A stretch of 64,000 bases of DNA from Hyphomicrobiales bacterium (GTDB taxonomy: Bacteria; Pseudomonadota; Alphaproteobacteria; Rhizobiales; Devosiaceae): NCBI GenBank assembly GCA_027065555.1, contig JAMONS010000129.1, positions 195-64,194 of the forward strand. The letters are read 5' to 3'. Numbering within the stretch: the first letter of the stretch is position 1; the number at the start of each line of letters is the position of its first letter. Positions 49,822-60,224 of this stretch are shown here, piece after piece. The notes beneath the pieces are model-generated. The model saw only the letters and a program-made list of their open reading frames with translations. It did not search any database and was not told the origin of the DNA. Both the position numbers and the translations under genes were made by a program.

Positions 49822-50877
49822 ATGGCTAATAATGAAATAGAGTTAGTAGATAAATATTGCCAAAAAGCACTTGGGCTTCTCAGGCGCACACTTTTACCAG
49901 CCCTTCCAAAATTTTACGATTTGTTTTATACTTATGCTAGTGGAACTAATATAGAACTGAACAATAAGCTAAATGATAAGCTTTCTACTGGGGACAATCT
50001 AACTATTCAGTTTGCAGAAGGTCTTTATAGTGAATTTTTAAGCTCCAACGGAGTCGAAGACAGGTTAAGTTCAGTCACTGATGAAATTTTAGATAGTATT
50101 TCAAATATACATACTACAATTGATAAAGCTCGAACAAACAATAACAATTATACTGAAATGCTAGATGATACAGTTGCTGATCTTAAAGAAGATAATGACC
50201 AAGAAACCGTGAGCAAGCTAACAATTAAACTTCTTGAAATGACCAAACAAGTACAAGAAGCTAACCTAACATTAGAAAATGAGCTTGCCTCAGCAAAGAG
50301 TGATATTTCATCACTCAAAGATGAGGTTGATGAAGTTAGACAAGATTCCTTACTTGATCCATTGACTAAAATTGACAATCGAAAATCCTTTGATCGTTTT
50401 TTAGAAGTTGCGATAGATTCTGCTGAGGAAAGCGGAAAATCTCTTTCATTAGTCATGATAGATATCGATCACTTCAAAAAATTCAATGATACTTGGGGTC
50501 ATCAAACTGGTGATCAGGTTTTACGTTTGGTTGGTTCAACCTTAAGATCTGGCACTCGTGAAGAAGATTTAGCAGCAAGATATGGCGGCGAAGAATTTGC
50601 TTTGATTTTAGTAGATACAGATCTTGAGCAAGCTTGCATAGTTGCAGAAAAAATCAGGAAATCTATCAAGAATAGAAAACTGCATAAACGCTCAACAAAT
50701 GAAAATTTGGGGTGTATTACAGTATCATCAGGTGTTGCAACTTTTAGATCAGGTGATAGTGCCGAAACTTTAGTTGAGCGGTCTGATGTATGTCTTTATG
50801 CAGCAAAACATGCTGGCAGAAACAGAGTTATTAACGAAGATCATAGTTCGATTAAAAAACAAGCAAAAGTTGCTTAA
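49822..50877 (+). CDS. Diguanylate cyclase (GGDEF) with an N-terminal coiled-coil region
   Basis: 351 aa. Active site GGEEF and an RxxD I-site (REED) 5 residues upstream. The N-terminal 170 aa are coiled-coil-like. Confidence 0.9.
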   Translation: MANNEIELVDKYCQKALGLLRRTLLPALPKFYDLFYTYASGTNIELNNKLNDKLSTGDNLTIQFAEGLYSEFLSSNGVEDRLSSVTDEILDSISNIHTTIDKARTNNNNYTEMLDDTVADLKEDNDQETVSKLTIKLLEMTKQVQEANLTLENELASAKSDISSLKDEVDEVRQDSLLDPLTKIDNRKSFDRFLEVAIDSAEESGKSLSLVMIDIDHFKKFNDTWGHQTGDQVLRLVGSTLRSGTREEDLAARYGGEEFALILVDTDLEQACIVAEKIRKSIKNRKLHKRSTNENLGCITVSSGVATFRSGDSAETLVERSDVCLYAAKHAGRNRVINEDHSSIKKQAKVA

Positions 50878-50878
50878 T

Positions 50879-51256
50879 TTAATTTGAGTTTTTACCCTTA
50901 ACTAGTTCTTCTAATTCAGCTTTTTTTAATATGACGCTTTGCCCACAACCACATTCCTCAGTTTGATTTGGGTTTTTGAATGTAAAACCAGATGACATTT
51001 TTGTAGTTTCAAAATCCATTTCAGTACCCAGTAAATATAGCGTAGCTTTAGGGTCAATAAATATTTCAACCCCATTTGAGATAATATAATCATCGCCTTT
51101 TATTGGTGTTTTCACCTTATCAATCACATAAGAAACACCAACACAGCCAGCATCTTTTATTGAAACACGTACACCCATAACATCATCGCTAGCACCAATG
51201 ATTTCTTTAATGCGATTAGCTGCATTTTGAGTAACTGTGATTATTTCAAGTGCCAT
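50879..51256 (-). CDS. sufA: Fe-S cluster insertion protein, HesB/IscA/SufA family
   Basis: 125 aa with Cys at GCVG and a C-terminal CGCG motif. Confidence 0.9.
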   Translation of the reverse strand: MALEIITVTQNAANRIKEIIGASDDVMGVRVSIKDAGCVGVSYVIDKVKTPIKGDDYIISNGVEIFIDPKATLYLLGTEMDFETTKMSSGFTFKNPNQTEECGCGQSVILKKAELEELVKGKNSN

Positions 51257-51260
51257 TTTT

Positions 51261-51665
51261 TTACCATAGGTTTAGCGCCACTTGCGCTTCTTCACTCATG
51301 CGATCAACCGACCATGGCGGATCAAATACCATATTCACACTCGCATCCATCACCCCTTCAACAGAGACAACAGCATTTTCTACCCAGATAGGCATTTCAC
51401 CAGCCACAGGACAACCCGGAGCGGTGAGCGTCATATCAATGATTAGATTTTTGTCATTATCTAACTCGATTTTATAGATAAGTCCTAATTCATAAATATC
51501 AACTGGAATTTCAGGGTCGTAAATAGTTTTAATCGCCGCTATGACGTCCTTGGTTATTCTCTCAATTTCCTCAGGCGTAATGTCTGAAGCAATTGGCTTA
51601 ACTACCTCAGCCTCATTTGGTCCTAACTCATCTGTCATTGCGTCAGCATCTTTATGCCTATCCAT
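51261..51665 (-). CDS. sufT: SufT-like Fe-S assembly protein (DUF59/MIP18 family)
   Basis: 134 aa: IYDPEIPVDIYELGLIY...LTAPGCPVAG. Confidence 0.88.
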   Translation of the reverse strand: MDRHKDADAMTDELGPNEAEVVKPIASDITPEEIERITKDVIAAIKTIYDPEIPVDIYELGLIYKIELDNDKNLIIDMTLTAPGCPVAGEMPIWVENAVVSVEGVMDASVNMVFDPPWSVDRMSEEAQVALNLW

Positions 51666-51678
51666 TATATCACCTCAT

Positions 51679-52896
51679 TCATGCAAAAAAACTTTTTGCT
51701 TTTTGTAAACCTTCAACCAAAGCATCAACATCATCTTTGCCATTATATAGGGCGAAAGAAGCACGAAGAGTAGAGCTAACCCCAAATCTCTTTAACAGAG
51801 GCATAGCACAATGTGTACCAGCACGCACCGCAATACCATATCTATCAAGAATAGTTGAAACATCATGCGCATGAGCGCCCTCAATTTCAAAGGAGAATAT
51901 AGCCCCCTTGCCCTTTGCATCACCTATCATTTTTAATGAATTGATTTCTCTTAGCCGCTCATTTGCATAAGCGCCAATTTCAGCCTCGTGCTTAGAAATA
52001 TTATCAAGCCCAATATCTTGCATATAATCAATAGCAGCGCCCAAGCCTATTGCTTGCACTATGGGCGGTGTGCCTGCCTCAAAGCGCATAGGAGGAGCTG
52101 CATAAGTGATTTCATCTAAGCTAACCTCATCAATCATTTCACCACCGCCCATAAAGGGGCGCATTTGTTCAAGCAATTCGTAACGCCCATAAAGCACGCC
52201 AATCCCCGTAGGGCCATAAAGCTTGTGCCCGGTCATAATATAGAAATCAGCGCCCAAATCTTTAACATCAATCTTTTGATGAACAGCGGCTTGTGATCCA
52301 TCAACCACAACTTTTATATTTTTGGCATGAGCTATTTCTACGATTTGTTTAATCGGAGTGATTGTTCCAAGCACGTTAGACATATGCGTAATAGCGACTA
52401 TTTTTGTCTTATCGCTAAGCGCCGCTTCAAACTTATCAAGGCAAAAACTGCCATCATCATTGACATCAACCCATTTTATTGTTGCCCCTTGCCTCTCACG
52501 TAAAAAATGCCAAGGCACAATATTTGAATGATGCTCCATTATCGAGAGCAATATCTCATCGCCCTCACCTATCATTGAAGCTGCAAAACTTGCGGCAACT
52601 AAATTAAGCGCTGCTGTAGCGCTTGAGGTGAATATAATCTCATTAGGTGAAGCATTGATAAAGTTTTGAACTTTGTCCCTAGCCGCTTCATACGCCTCTG
52701 TCGCTCTATTTGATAATGTATGCAACCCACGATGCACATTAGCATAGCCAGAACTATAGGTGTTGCTAATAGAATCAATTACCGCCTGTGGCTTTTGCGC
52801 TGAAGCACCGCTATCAAGATAGACAAGACGATTATTGTGTATCCTCTCAGATAGGATAGGGAAATCTGCACGTAATTTTTTAAGATTAAAACTCAT
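51679..52896 (-). CDS. sufS: Cysteine desulfurase SufS
   Basis: 405 aa with PLP lysine GHKLYGPTGIGVLY and catalytic RAGTHCA. Confidence 0.95.
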   Translation of the reverse strand: MSFNLKKLRADFPILSERIHNNRLVYLDSGASAQKPQAVIDSISNTYSSGYANVHRGLHTLSNRATEAYEAARDKVQNFINASPNEIIFTSSATAALNLVAASFAASMIGEGDEILLSIMEHHSNIVPWHFLRERQGATIKWVDVNDDGSFCLDKFEAALSDKTKIVAITHMSNVLGTITPIKQIVEIAHAKNIKVVVDGSQAAVHQKIDVKDLGADFYIMTGHKLYGPTGIGVLYGRYELLEQMRPFMGGGEMIDEVSLDEITYAAPPMRFEAGTPPIVQAIGLGAAIDYMQDIGLDNISKHEAEIGAYANERLREINSLKMIGDAKGKGAIFSFEIEGAHAHDVSTILDRYGIAVRAGTHCAMPLLKRFGVSSTLRASFALYNGKDDVDALVEGLQKAKSFFA

Positions 52897-54090
52897 TTAA
52901 ACCTCTAACCATTCATCAGCAACAGATATAAGCGCTTCTTTAAGTGCTTCAATTTTAATTTCATCAAATAATTCAGCTAAAAAAGCACGAATTAACATAG
53001 ATTTTGCTTGCTCTTTTTCTATGCCCCTAGACATTAAATAAAACAAGCTATCCATGTCGATTTGCCCACAAGTTGCGCCATGCCCACAAATAACATCATC
53101 GGCATAAATTTCTAATTCTGGCTTTACCAATATTTGCGCATCATCAGATAACATTAAGCCTTGATGTTTCATTGCGGCATCGGTTTTTTGTGCATCACGA
53201 GCCACCAAAATTTTACCCTGAAAAATTGCCTTTGCCTTATCTAAAACAACAGATTTATAATTTTCGCTTGATGTTGTGTTAGCAACATTATGCTCAATAT
53301 TTATTGAAATATCTGAATGTTGCTCCTTTGCACCCAAAATAAGCCCTGCAAAATCAGCATGGGCATTTTCACCAATGAATTTAGCAAATAATTGCGTGCG
53401 GGCAAGCGCCGAGCCTTTATGAATTATAAGCGAATGTAATAATGCGCTTTCGTTAATTTCATATTGCACGCTTTGCAAGTGGCGTACTCTACCACCCGAA
53501 AGATCAACCATAATATGAGTGACTTTGGCATCTCTGCCCAAAATTACTTTACTAGCACTATTGCTTAAATGCGCTTCGTTTGATCCTGAAAAACTTTCAA
53601 TAATCGTAGCGTTTGAACCATCTAAAATATATAACTCAACACCGTCATTAATATGGCTGGCTTCGCCTTCATAGCGCCTATCAATATGAATAATAGTTTC
53701 AACTGTGCCTTGCAGATCAATATTAAGCGTTTCTTTTGTCAGAGCGGAATTTAATTGAGCAACAATATCATTTTCTGGTTCAACAACACCACCCCTTGAA
53801 GTGCTAACAATCACCCCAGTAGGAGGCTCATCGCTTATTTGCACCTCACCATTAACAATCAAAATGCGATAAGCGCCCTCAATGTTTAAAAGCGGTACGC
53901 TTGTGCTTATTGCGCCAGTAGTAAGATCTGGGACATCACCAAGCAGCATTTTAAGATCACTATAATGATATGCCTCATTGCGCCTTGTTGGCAGGCCTGT
54001 TTTGGCAAAATCTGCCGCTAGCTCATCTGCCCCTGTTTTTTGCAGGGTCTCTAACAAAACCTGCTCGCTTTGATTTAATTTTCCTATCAT
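52897..54090 (-). CDS. sufD: Fe-S cluster assembly protein SufD
   Basis: 397 aa. SufB/D beta-helix C-terminal region (ELEIYADDVICGHGATCGQID). Confidence 0.93.
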   Translation of the reverse strand: MIGKLNQSEQVLLETLQKTGADELAADFAKTGLPTRRNEAYHYSDLKMLLGDVPDLTTGAISTSVPLLNIEGAYRILIVNGEVQISDEPPTGVIVSTSRGGVVEPENDIVAQLNSALTKETLNIDLQGTVETIIHIDRRYEGEASHINDGVELYILDGSNATIIESFSGSNEAHLSNSASKVILGRDAKVTHIMVDLSGGRVRHLQSVQYEINESALLHSLIIHKGSALARTQLFAKFIGENAHADFAGLILGAKEQHSDISINIEHNVANTTSSENYKSVVLDKAKAIFQGKILVARDAQKTDAAMKHQGLMLSDDAQILVKPELEIYADDVICGHGATCGQIDMDSLFYLMSRGIEKEQAKSMLIRAFLAELFDEIKIEALKEALISVADEWLEV

Positions 54091-54099
54091 GATAATCTC

Positions 54100-54855
54100 T
54101 TAAATACTCTCGTCATATTGCGCATAACCGTGTTCTTCTAACTCAAGCGCTAAGGATTTATCACCGCTTTTTACGATCCTGCCATTAGAGAAAACATGCA
54201 CAACATCAGGCACGATATAGTTTAATAGGCGCTGATAATGGGTAATAATAAGCATAGAGCGATTAGCATCACGCAAAGCATTGACCCCTTGAGAAACGAT
54301 TTTTAGCGCATCAATATCAAGCCCTGAATCTGTTTCATCAAACACACACATTTTTGGCTTCAAAAGAGCCATTTGCAAAATTTCAGCACGCTTTTTCTCG
54401 CCACCAGAAAACCCAACATTAAGCGCCCGTTTTAGCATTGCACTATCAATTTCAAGCATTTTAGCCGCAGATTTTACCTCACGCATGAAATCAGGGGTAA
54501 GCAATTCTTCTTCACCACGAGCTTTTCTTTGCGCATTCATTGCAGCTTTAAGAAAAGTCATGGTGGCAACTCCGGGGATTTCAATCGGATATTGAAAAGC
54601 TAAAAACAAGCCCTTAACCGCACGCTCATTTGGCTCAAGTTCAAGAATATTTTCACCATCAAGCAAAATCTCACCTTTAGTGACTTCATAACCCTCTTTA
54701 CCAGCCATAACATAAGAAAGGGTAGATTTACCCGAGCCATTACGCCCCATAATGGCATGAGTTTCACCTTTAGGAATAGTTAAGTTCACCCCTTTAAGGA
54801 TTTCTTTGTCCTCAACTTTTACGTGTAGATCTTTAATTTCAAGCATATTGCTCAT
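54100..54855 (-). CDS. sufC: Fe-S cluster assembly ATPase SufC
   Basis: 251 aa. Walker [10 protein letters not shown], signature FSGGEKKR and Walker [12 protein letters not shown]. Confidence 0.96.
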   Translation of the reverse strand: MSNMLEIKDLHVKVEDKEILKGVNLTIPKGETHAIMGRNGSGKSTLSYVMAGKEGYEVTKGEILLDGENILELEPNERAVKGLFLAFQYPIEIPGVATMTFLKAAMNAQRKARGEEELLTPDFMREVKSAAKMLEIDSAMLKRALNVGFSGGEKKRAEILQMALLKPKMCVFDETDSGLDIDALKIVSQGVNALRDANRSMLIITHYQRLLNYIVPDVVHVFSNGRIVKSGDKSLALELEEHGYAQYDESI

Positions 54856-54882
54856 TTTTTAACTCCAAATTTATTCACTCTT

Positions 54883-56367
54883 TTAGCCAACGCTTCCTTC
54901 AAGAGAAATATTGATTAGTTTTTGTGTTTCAACCATAAATTCCATTGGCAAATTCTGAATAACATCACGCACAAATCCATTGACAATCAGCGCCACCGCT
55001 TCTTCTGCATTTAGGCCACGTTGTTGACAATAAAATAATTGCTCATCTGATATTTTAGAGGTTGTTGCCTCATGCTCAAACACCACCGATGCGTTTTTTG
55101 CCTCGATATAAGGCACAGTGTGCGCCCCGCATTTATCGCCAATTAACAAACTATCACATTGCGTAAAATTACGTGCATTTGTCGCCTTTTTATGAGCGCT
55201 AATAAGCCCACGATAAGTATTGTCAGAAAAACCAGCCGCAATGCCTTTGGAAATAACTTTACTTGAAGTGTTTTTTCCTAAATGTATCATCTTAGTGCCG
55301 CTATCAATTTGCTGATAATTATTGGAAATAGCGATAGAATAAAATTCACCTCGAGAGCCATCACCACGCAAAATACACGAAGGATATTTCCACGTAATCG
55401 CCGAGCCTGTTTCAACCTGCGTCCAAGAAATTTTAGAATTATCACCACGACAATCGCCACGCTTAGTTACAAAATTATAAATCCCGCCCTTGCCTTCTTT
55501 ATTACCCGGATACCAATTTTGCACCGTTGAATATTTTATTTCAGCATTTTTATGAGCGACTAATTCAACCACCGCCGCATGCAGCTGATTTTCATCTCGC
55601 ATTGGCGCAGTACAGCCCTCTAAATAGCTCACATAGCTATCTTCTTCTGCAATAATTAGCGTGCGTTCGAACTGTCCCGTATTTATTTCATTAATGCGGA
55701 AATATGTTGAAAGCTCCATTGGGCACCGCACGCCCTTTGGAATATAAACAAATGAGCCATCGGTGAAAACAGCGCAATTTAAAGTTGAATAATAATTGTC
55801 GGTTACTGGCACTACTGTTGCGAGATATTTTTTTATCAGCTCTGGGTGCTCTTTTATTGCCTCTGAAATCGAGCAAAATATAATACCGCTTTTTGCCAGC
55901 TCTTCTCTAAAAGTCGTTACCACAGAAACAGAATCAAACACCGCATCAACCGCAATTTTTGCGCCCTCAACTCCTGCAAGTACCGCTTGTTCTAAAAGAG
56001 GTATCCCTAGTTTTTTATAAGTTTCAAGTAATTCAGGATCAACCTCATCAAGACTTTTAGGGCCGGGTGTGCTTTTTGGTGCGGCATAAAAATATATCTC
56101 ATTCAAATCAATTTTTGGATAATTTAACTTTGCCCAATTAGGCTCTTTCATAGTTAGCCAGCGCTCATAGGCATCAAGTCGCCATTTTAACATCCATTCT
56201 GGCTCATTTTTTTTTGCCGAAATAAAACGCACAATATCTTCGCTTAGTCCAATCGGAGATTTGTCGCTTTTTATGTCGGTTGCAAAACCATACTTATATT
56301 TCTCAACGTCAATTTGCTCGACCTGCTCAATAGTATCTCTATCAATATTTTCCTTTGCACCAGCCAT
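54883..56367 (-). CDS. sufB: Fe-S cluster assembly protein SufB
   Basis: 494 aa with highly conserved SufB sequence ([17 protein letters not shown]). Confidence 0.96.
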   Translation of the reverse strand: MAGAKENIDRDTIEQVEQIDVEKYKYGFATDIKSDKSPIGLSEDIVRFISAKKNEPEWMLKWRLDAYERWLTMKEPNWAKLNYPKIDLNEIYFYAAPKSTPGPKSLDEVDPELLETYKKLGIPLLEQAVLAGVEGAKIAVDAVFDSVSVVTTFREELAKSGIIFCSISEAIKEHPELIKKYLATVVPVTDNYYSTLNCAVFTDGSFVYIPKGVRCPMELSTYFRINEINTGQFERTLIIAEEDSYVSYLEGCTAPMRDENQLHAAVVELVAHKNAEIKYSTVQNWYPGNKEGKGGIYNFVTKRGDCRGDNSKISWTQVETGSAITWKYPSCILRGDGSRGEFYSIAISNNYQQIDSGTKMIHLGKNTSSKVISKGIAAGFSDNTYRGLISAHKKATNARNFTQCDSLLIGDKCGAHTVPYIEAKNASVVFEHEATTSKISDEQLFYCQQRGLNAEEAVALIVNGFVRDVIQNLPMEFMVETQKLINISLEGSVG

Positions 56368-57531
56368 CTAACTCTCCTTTGGCTTTTCGTTTTGTGCCTT
56401 CTTATGGCGCTGTAAAACTTCTTTAAAAGCTGACAAAAACCCGTTCACATCTTGTTGTGTTGAATTCCACCCAAGACTAATTCTTATTCTTCCTGTGGCA
56501 AGCTCTGGAGAAACACCCATTGCGCAAAGCACGTGGCTATATGTAACCTTGCCCGATGAGCAAGCAGAGCCAGAAGAGACTTCAACGCCCTCTAAATCTA
56601 ACCCCATCATAATGACTGAGGCTTTTAATTTGGGAATGGCAAAATTGACAATATTTCCCATGCGATTTGCATCTTCGCCAAAAATCACCAATTCAGAACT
56701 TAAAGCCTTTAAGCCAGTTTCGATTTGCGCAACAAAATCTGCAGTTTTTTTAGCATCATATTCTTGGTAAAATTCAATCGAGGCCTCACCAAACCCAGCA
56801 ATAAGAGGAGCAGAAAGAGTGCCGCCTCGTCTGCCCTTTTCTTGCCCACCACCGGGGATAAGAAGCACCGCATCACAATGAGGTTTCATCAATATTGCAC
56901 CAATACCAACAGGTCCACCAACTTTATGCGAAGAAATAGCCATCATGTCGATTGGACGAGAAGCAAAATCTAGCTGCAATTTACCAAACGCTTGCACGCT
57001 ATCAACGAATAAATAATGCCTTGTAGCCCCAACAAGCGTTTCTATTTGTTTGATTGGCTGAATAATACCAGTTTCATTATTCACCTCATGTACACAAATA
57101 AGCGCAGTTTCATTATTCTTTTCAACCTCAATAAGAATTTGTTTTAACTGCGCAACATCAATCAAGCCACTATCAAGTAGAAATACTTCTGATATTTGTG
57201 CCTCACTGGCTTTTGCAGCTTGTAAACAAGCGGCATGTTCTGCTTGAGAGATAATGATTCTATCAATCTTGAGAGCCTTTACGCCGCCAATTATTGCTTG
57301 GCTTATACTTTCTGTTGCTGAACCTGTAAAAACTACTTGGCTTGCATTCGCACCCGTTGCTTTTGCAATTTTTTCTCGAGCATTTTCAATTATATTGCCT
57401 AAAGCTCGACCAGAGCTATGTACTGCTGAAGGATTACCAACCATATTTAGTGCATTAATCATTGCAAGCTTTGCATTTGCAAGCAAAGGCGCAGAGGCAT
57501 TATGATCTAAATATATATTTGGCTTTGTCAT
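56368..57531 (-). CDS. NifS/IscS-like class V cysteine desulfurase (first gene of the suf operon)
   Basis: ATG at 57531 (MTKPNIYLDHNASAPL). PLP lysine SSHKVGGPVGIG and catalytic loop SSGSACSSG. The ORF-track TTG at 57549 is less likely. Confidence 0.9.
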   Translation of the reverse strand: MTKPNIYLDHNASAPLLANAKLAMINALNMVGNPSAVHSSGRALGNIIENAREKIAKATGANASQVVFTGSATESISQAIIGGVKALKIDRIIISQAEHAACLQAAKASEAQISEVFLLDSGLIDVAQLKQILIEVEKNNETALICVHEVNNETGIIQPIKQIETLVGATRHYLFVDSVQAFGKLQLDFASRPIDMMAISSHKVGGPVGIGAILMKPHCDAVLLIPGGGQEKGRRGGTLSAPLIAGFGEASIEFYQEYDAKKTADFVAQIETGLKALSSELVIFGEDANRMGNIVNFAIPKLKASVIMMGLDLEGVEVSSGSACSSGKVTYSHVLCAMGVSPELATGRIRISLGWNSTQQDVNGFLSAFKEVLQRHKKAQNEKPKES

Positions 57532-57634
57532 TTTCAACCAATCAAGCAATATAGTAAAAACATTCCTTGAAATTTATAGCCTCTCTATATTATAAGGAAT
57601 GTTCTTATAGAGGATTGCTAAACAAGGATATTAG

Positions 57635-57651
57635 TTTAGAATTATTCTAAT
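57635..57651. promoter_or_regulatory. Irr-type iron control element (ICE)-like box upstream of the suf operon
   Basis: TTTAGAA-tta-TTCTAAT matches 13 of 14 positions of the ICE consensus TTTAGAA-N3-TTCTAAA. About 105 nt upstream of the suf operon ATG, in the divergent intergenic region. Confidence 0.55.
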
Positions 57652-57774
57652 CTAATAATTTATTATGCCAGTATTTACAAAGCCAAAAGCAATTCGTCAA
57701 GTAAGTTTTTAATTGTAATCAAGTGAAAAATTTTCTAATTCAATAACTGAACAAGTTTTATCAAGGAATTATCA

Positions 57775-58437
57775 ATGCCAGAAGTGATTTTTAATGGGCC
57801 AAACGGACGAATTGAAGGGCGCTATCAACCGGGTAAAGAGCCTAATGCTCCAATAGCAATACTTTTACATCCGCACCCAGAATTTGGCGGCACGATGAAT
57901 AACCAAATCATATATCATCTATATTATATGTTTGTGGAGCGTGGTTTTGCGGTGTTGCGTTTTAATTCTCGTGGCGTTGGGCGCTCGCAAGGTTTATTTG
58001 ATCATGGTCCGGGTGAATTATCCGATGCCGCAGCAGCGCTTGATTGGTTGCAAACTCAAAATAAAGAAAGTCAAGGTTGCTGGATTGCAGGGTTTTCTTT
58101 TGGCTCATGGATCGGCATGCAATTATTAATGCGCCGCCCAGAAGTTGAAGGGTTTATTTCGGTTGCCCCACAAGAAAACCTATATGATTTTTCTTTCCTT
58201 GCTCCCTGCCCTTCTTCTGGTCTGATTATTCATGGCGAAAATGACACTGTTTCACCTCCCTATGAAGTGCAAAAACTAGTAGATAAATTGCATGAGCAAA
58301 AGGGCATTACTATTGAGCAGCAAATTATTGAGGGTGCGAATCATTTCTTTGAAGGAAAAATTGAAGAGTTGATTGAAAATTGCAGTGAATATCTTGATCG
58401 TCGTCGTGCTGATATTGCAGCTGGCGGTGGGCGTTAG
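57775..58437 (+). CDS. Alpha/beta hydrolase family protein
   Basis: 220 aa with nucleophile elbow GFSFG and a late HGENDTV ... ANHFF segment (Asp/His). Confidence 0.85.
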   Translation: MPEVIFNGPNGRIEGRYQPGKEPNAPIAILLHPHPEFGGTMNNQIIYHLYYMFVERGFAVLRFNSRGVGRSQGLFDHGPGELSDAAAALDWLQTQNKESQGCWIAGFSFGSWIGMQLLMRRPEVEGFISVAPQENLYDFSFLAPCPSSGLIIHGENDTVSPPYEVQKLVDKLHEQKGITIEQQIIEGANHFFEGKIEELIENCSEYLDRRRADIAAGGGR

Positions 58438-58452
58438 GGTCAGGACATATTA

Positions 58453-59697
58453 ATGAGCGATTATAAATCAGATTTTTTACAAGTTCTTGATGAAAGAGGT
58501 TTTATTCATCAGCTTTCTGACCCCTATGGGCTTGATGAAAAATGCAAAAACCAAAGCGTTACTGCCTATGTAGGTTATGATGCAACGGCAACTTCGCTAC
58601 ATATTGGCAATCTAATTTCAGCTTCAATGCTTTATTGGTTTCAACAAAGCGGGCATAAACCAATAGCACTTATGGGTGGCGGCACATCTATGGTTGGCGA
58701 TCCTTCGTTCAAAGACGAGCAAAGAGCTATTTTGAGTGAAGAAAAAATCAACACCAATATTGAAGGCATTAAAAAGATTTTCGCTAAAATATTAAAATTT
58801 GGTGATGGCAAGACCGATGCCATAATGGTCAATAATGCCGATTGGTTGCTCAAATTAAATTATGTTGAGTTTTTGCGTGAAGTTGGCAAACATTTCTCGG
58901 TCAATCGCATGTTAACATTTGATAGTGTGCGCCTAAGGCTTGAGCGTGAGCAATCGCTTTCATTCTTAGAGTTTAATTATATGATTATGCAGGGCTATGA
59001 TTTTGTTGAATTAAACAAGCGATATGGCTGTATTTTACAAATGGGTGGCTCGGATCAATGGGGCAATATTATCAATGGTGTTGACCTTGGTCACCGCATG
59101 CGCACCGAACAACTCTATGCTCTAACAACGCCTTTGCTTACCACTTCATCTGGCGCAAAAATGGGCAAAACCGCAAATGGCGCTGTTTGGCTAAATGATG
59201 ATTTATTCTCTCCCTATGATTTTTGGCAATATTTCCGCAACACAGAAGATGCAGACGTTGAAAGATTTTTGAAGATTTTCACTCGTGAACCTTTAAGTGA
59301 AATTTCTAAAATTATTGCTGACGATATTAATGAAGCGAAAAAGTTTTTGGCAACTAAAGCTACTGCCATTGTGCATGGCGAGCAAGCAGCTGAGCAAGCC
59401 GCACAAACTGCAAAAGCAACCTTTGAGCAAGGAGCACTTGATCTATCGCTTCCAAGCGTTGAAATATCTAAGGCTGAACTAAATAGCGGCATTGGGCTAT
59501 TGGCGGCTTTTGTAAAAGCAGGACTTGCCGCATCAAATGGCGAAGCACGTCGCCACGCAAAGTCTGGCGCTCTTAAAGTGAACGACAAGCAGGTGAGTGA
59601 TGAGCGTGCGGTTCTTAGCGAAAAAGATCTATTACCTGAAGGCGTTATTAAACTAAGCGTTGGTAAAAAACGCCATGTGCTTTTGAAATTGAGTTAG
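58453..59697 (+). CDS. tyrS: Tyrosine--tRNA ligase
   Basis: 414 aa. HIGH-type motif SLHIGN, KMSKS-type KMGKT and a C-terminal S4 domain. Confidence 0.96.
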   Translation: MSDYKSDFLQVLDERGFIHQLSDPYGLDEKCKNQSVTAYVGYDATATSLHIGNLISASMLYWFQQSGHKPIALMGGGTSMVGDPSFKDEQRAILSEEKINTNIEGIKKIFAKILKFGDGKTDAIMVNNADWLLKLNYVEFLREVGKHFSVNRMLTFDSVRLRLEREQSLSFLEFNYMIMQGYDFVELNKRYGCILQMGGSDQWGNIINGVDLGHRMRTEQLYALTTPLLTTSSGAKMGKTANGAVWLNDDLFSPYDFWQYFRNTEDADVERFLKIFTREPLSEISKIIADDINEAKKFLATKATAIVHGEQAAEQAAQTAKATFEQGALDLSLPSVEISKAELNSGIGLLAAFVKAGLAASNGEARRHAKSGALKVNDKQVSDERAVLSEKDLLPEGVIKLSVGKKRHVLLKLS

Positions 59698-59753
59698 TTT
59701 TATTAACATTTTCATCTCCAAAATTTAGAACAAACAAGACAACAGCCCTATCT

Positions 59754-60206
59754 TTAATGGGTGCGAGTGATATTTCTCTTGATGAAATAATCAACTGATA
59801 ACATTCCTCCGCCATATTTAATTACATAAATTAGCGATACCGCCCACAGTCCGTGCAAAATGTAAGCTTCAGGAAACACAAAAGTCTGTATGACTATGCT
59901 CATGACCAATAAGCCAAGAGCGCTAAAGCGTGCGCCAAGTCCGATTATTAATAATGTAGCAAGAATTACCTCGCCATATGCCGCCATATATGCGCCCATC
60001 ACGGGAGGCAATGGCACGCCAGAAAAGTCATTTTTAAATAAATAGAAAGTTGTATCGCTAACACTAAACCAGCCGTCAAACTTCAAACTACCTGACTTAA
60101 AAAATTGCAAGCCAACAAATATTCGTGCGCCAAGTGCTAGAATAAATAATGGGAATTGTGATAATAGGTTATTTGCCCAATTTACTAAATTCACTAACTT
60201 TTGCAT
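59754..60206 (-). CDS. DoxX family membrane protein (last gene of the bufferin-type operon)
   Basis: 150 aa with 4 TM helices and an AGGAGAG Shine-Dalgarno. 18 nt after the DUF2063 gene. Confidence 0.85.
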   Translation of the reverse strand: MQKLVNLVNWANNLLSQFPLFILALGARIFVGLQFFKSGSLKFDGWFSVSDTTFYLFKNDFSGVPLPPVMGAYMAAYGEVILATLLIIGLGARFSALGLLVMSIVIQTFVFPEAYILHGLWAVSLIYVIKYGGGMLSVDYFIKRNITRTH

Positions 60207-60224
60207 TTTCTCTCTCCTAGATTA

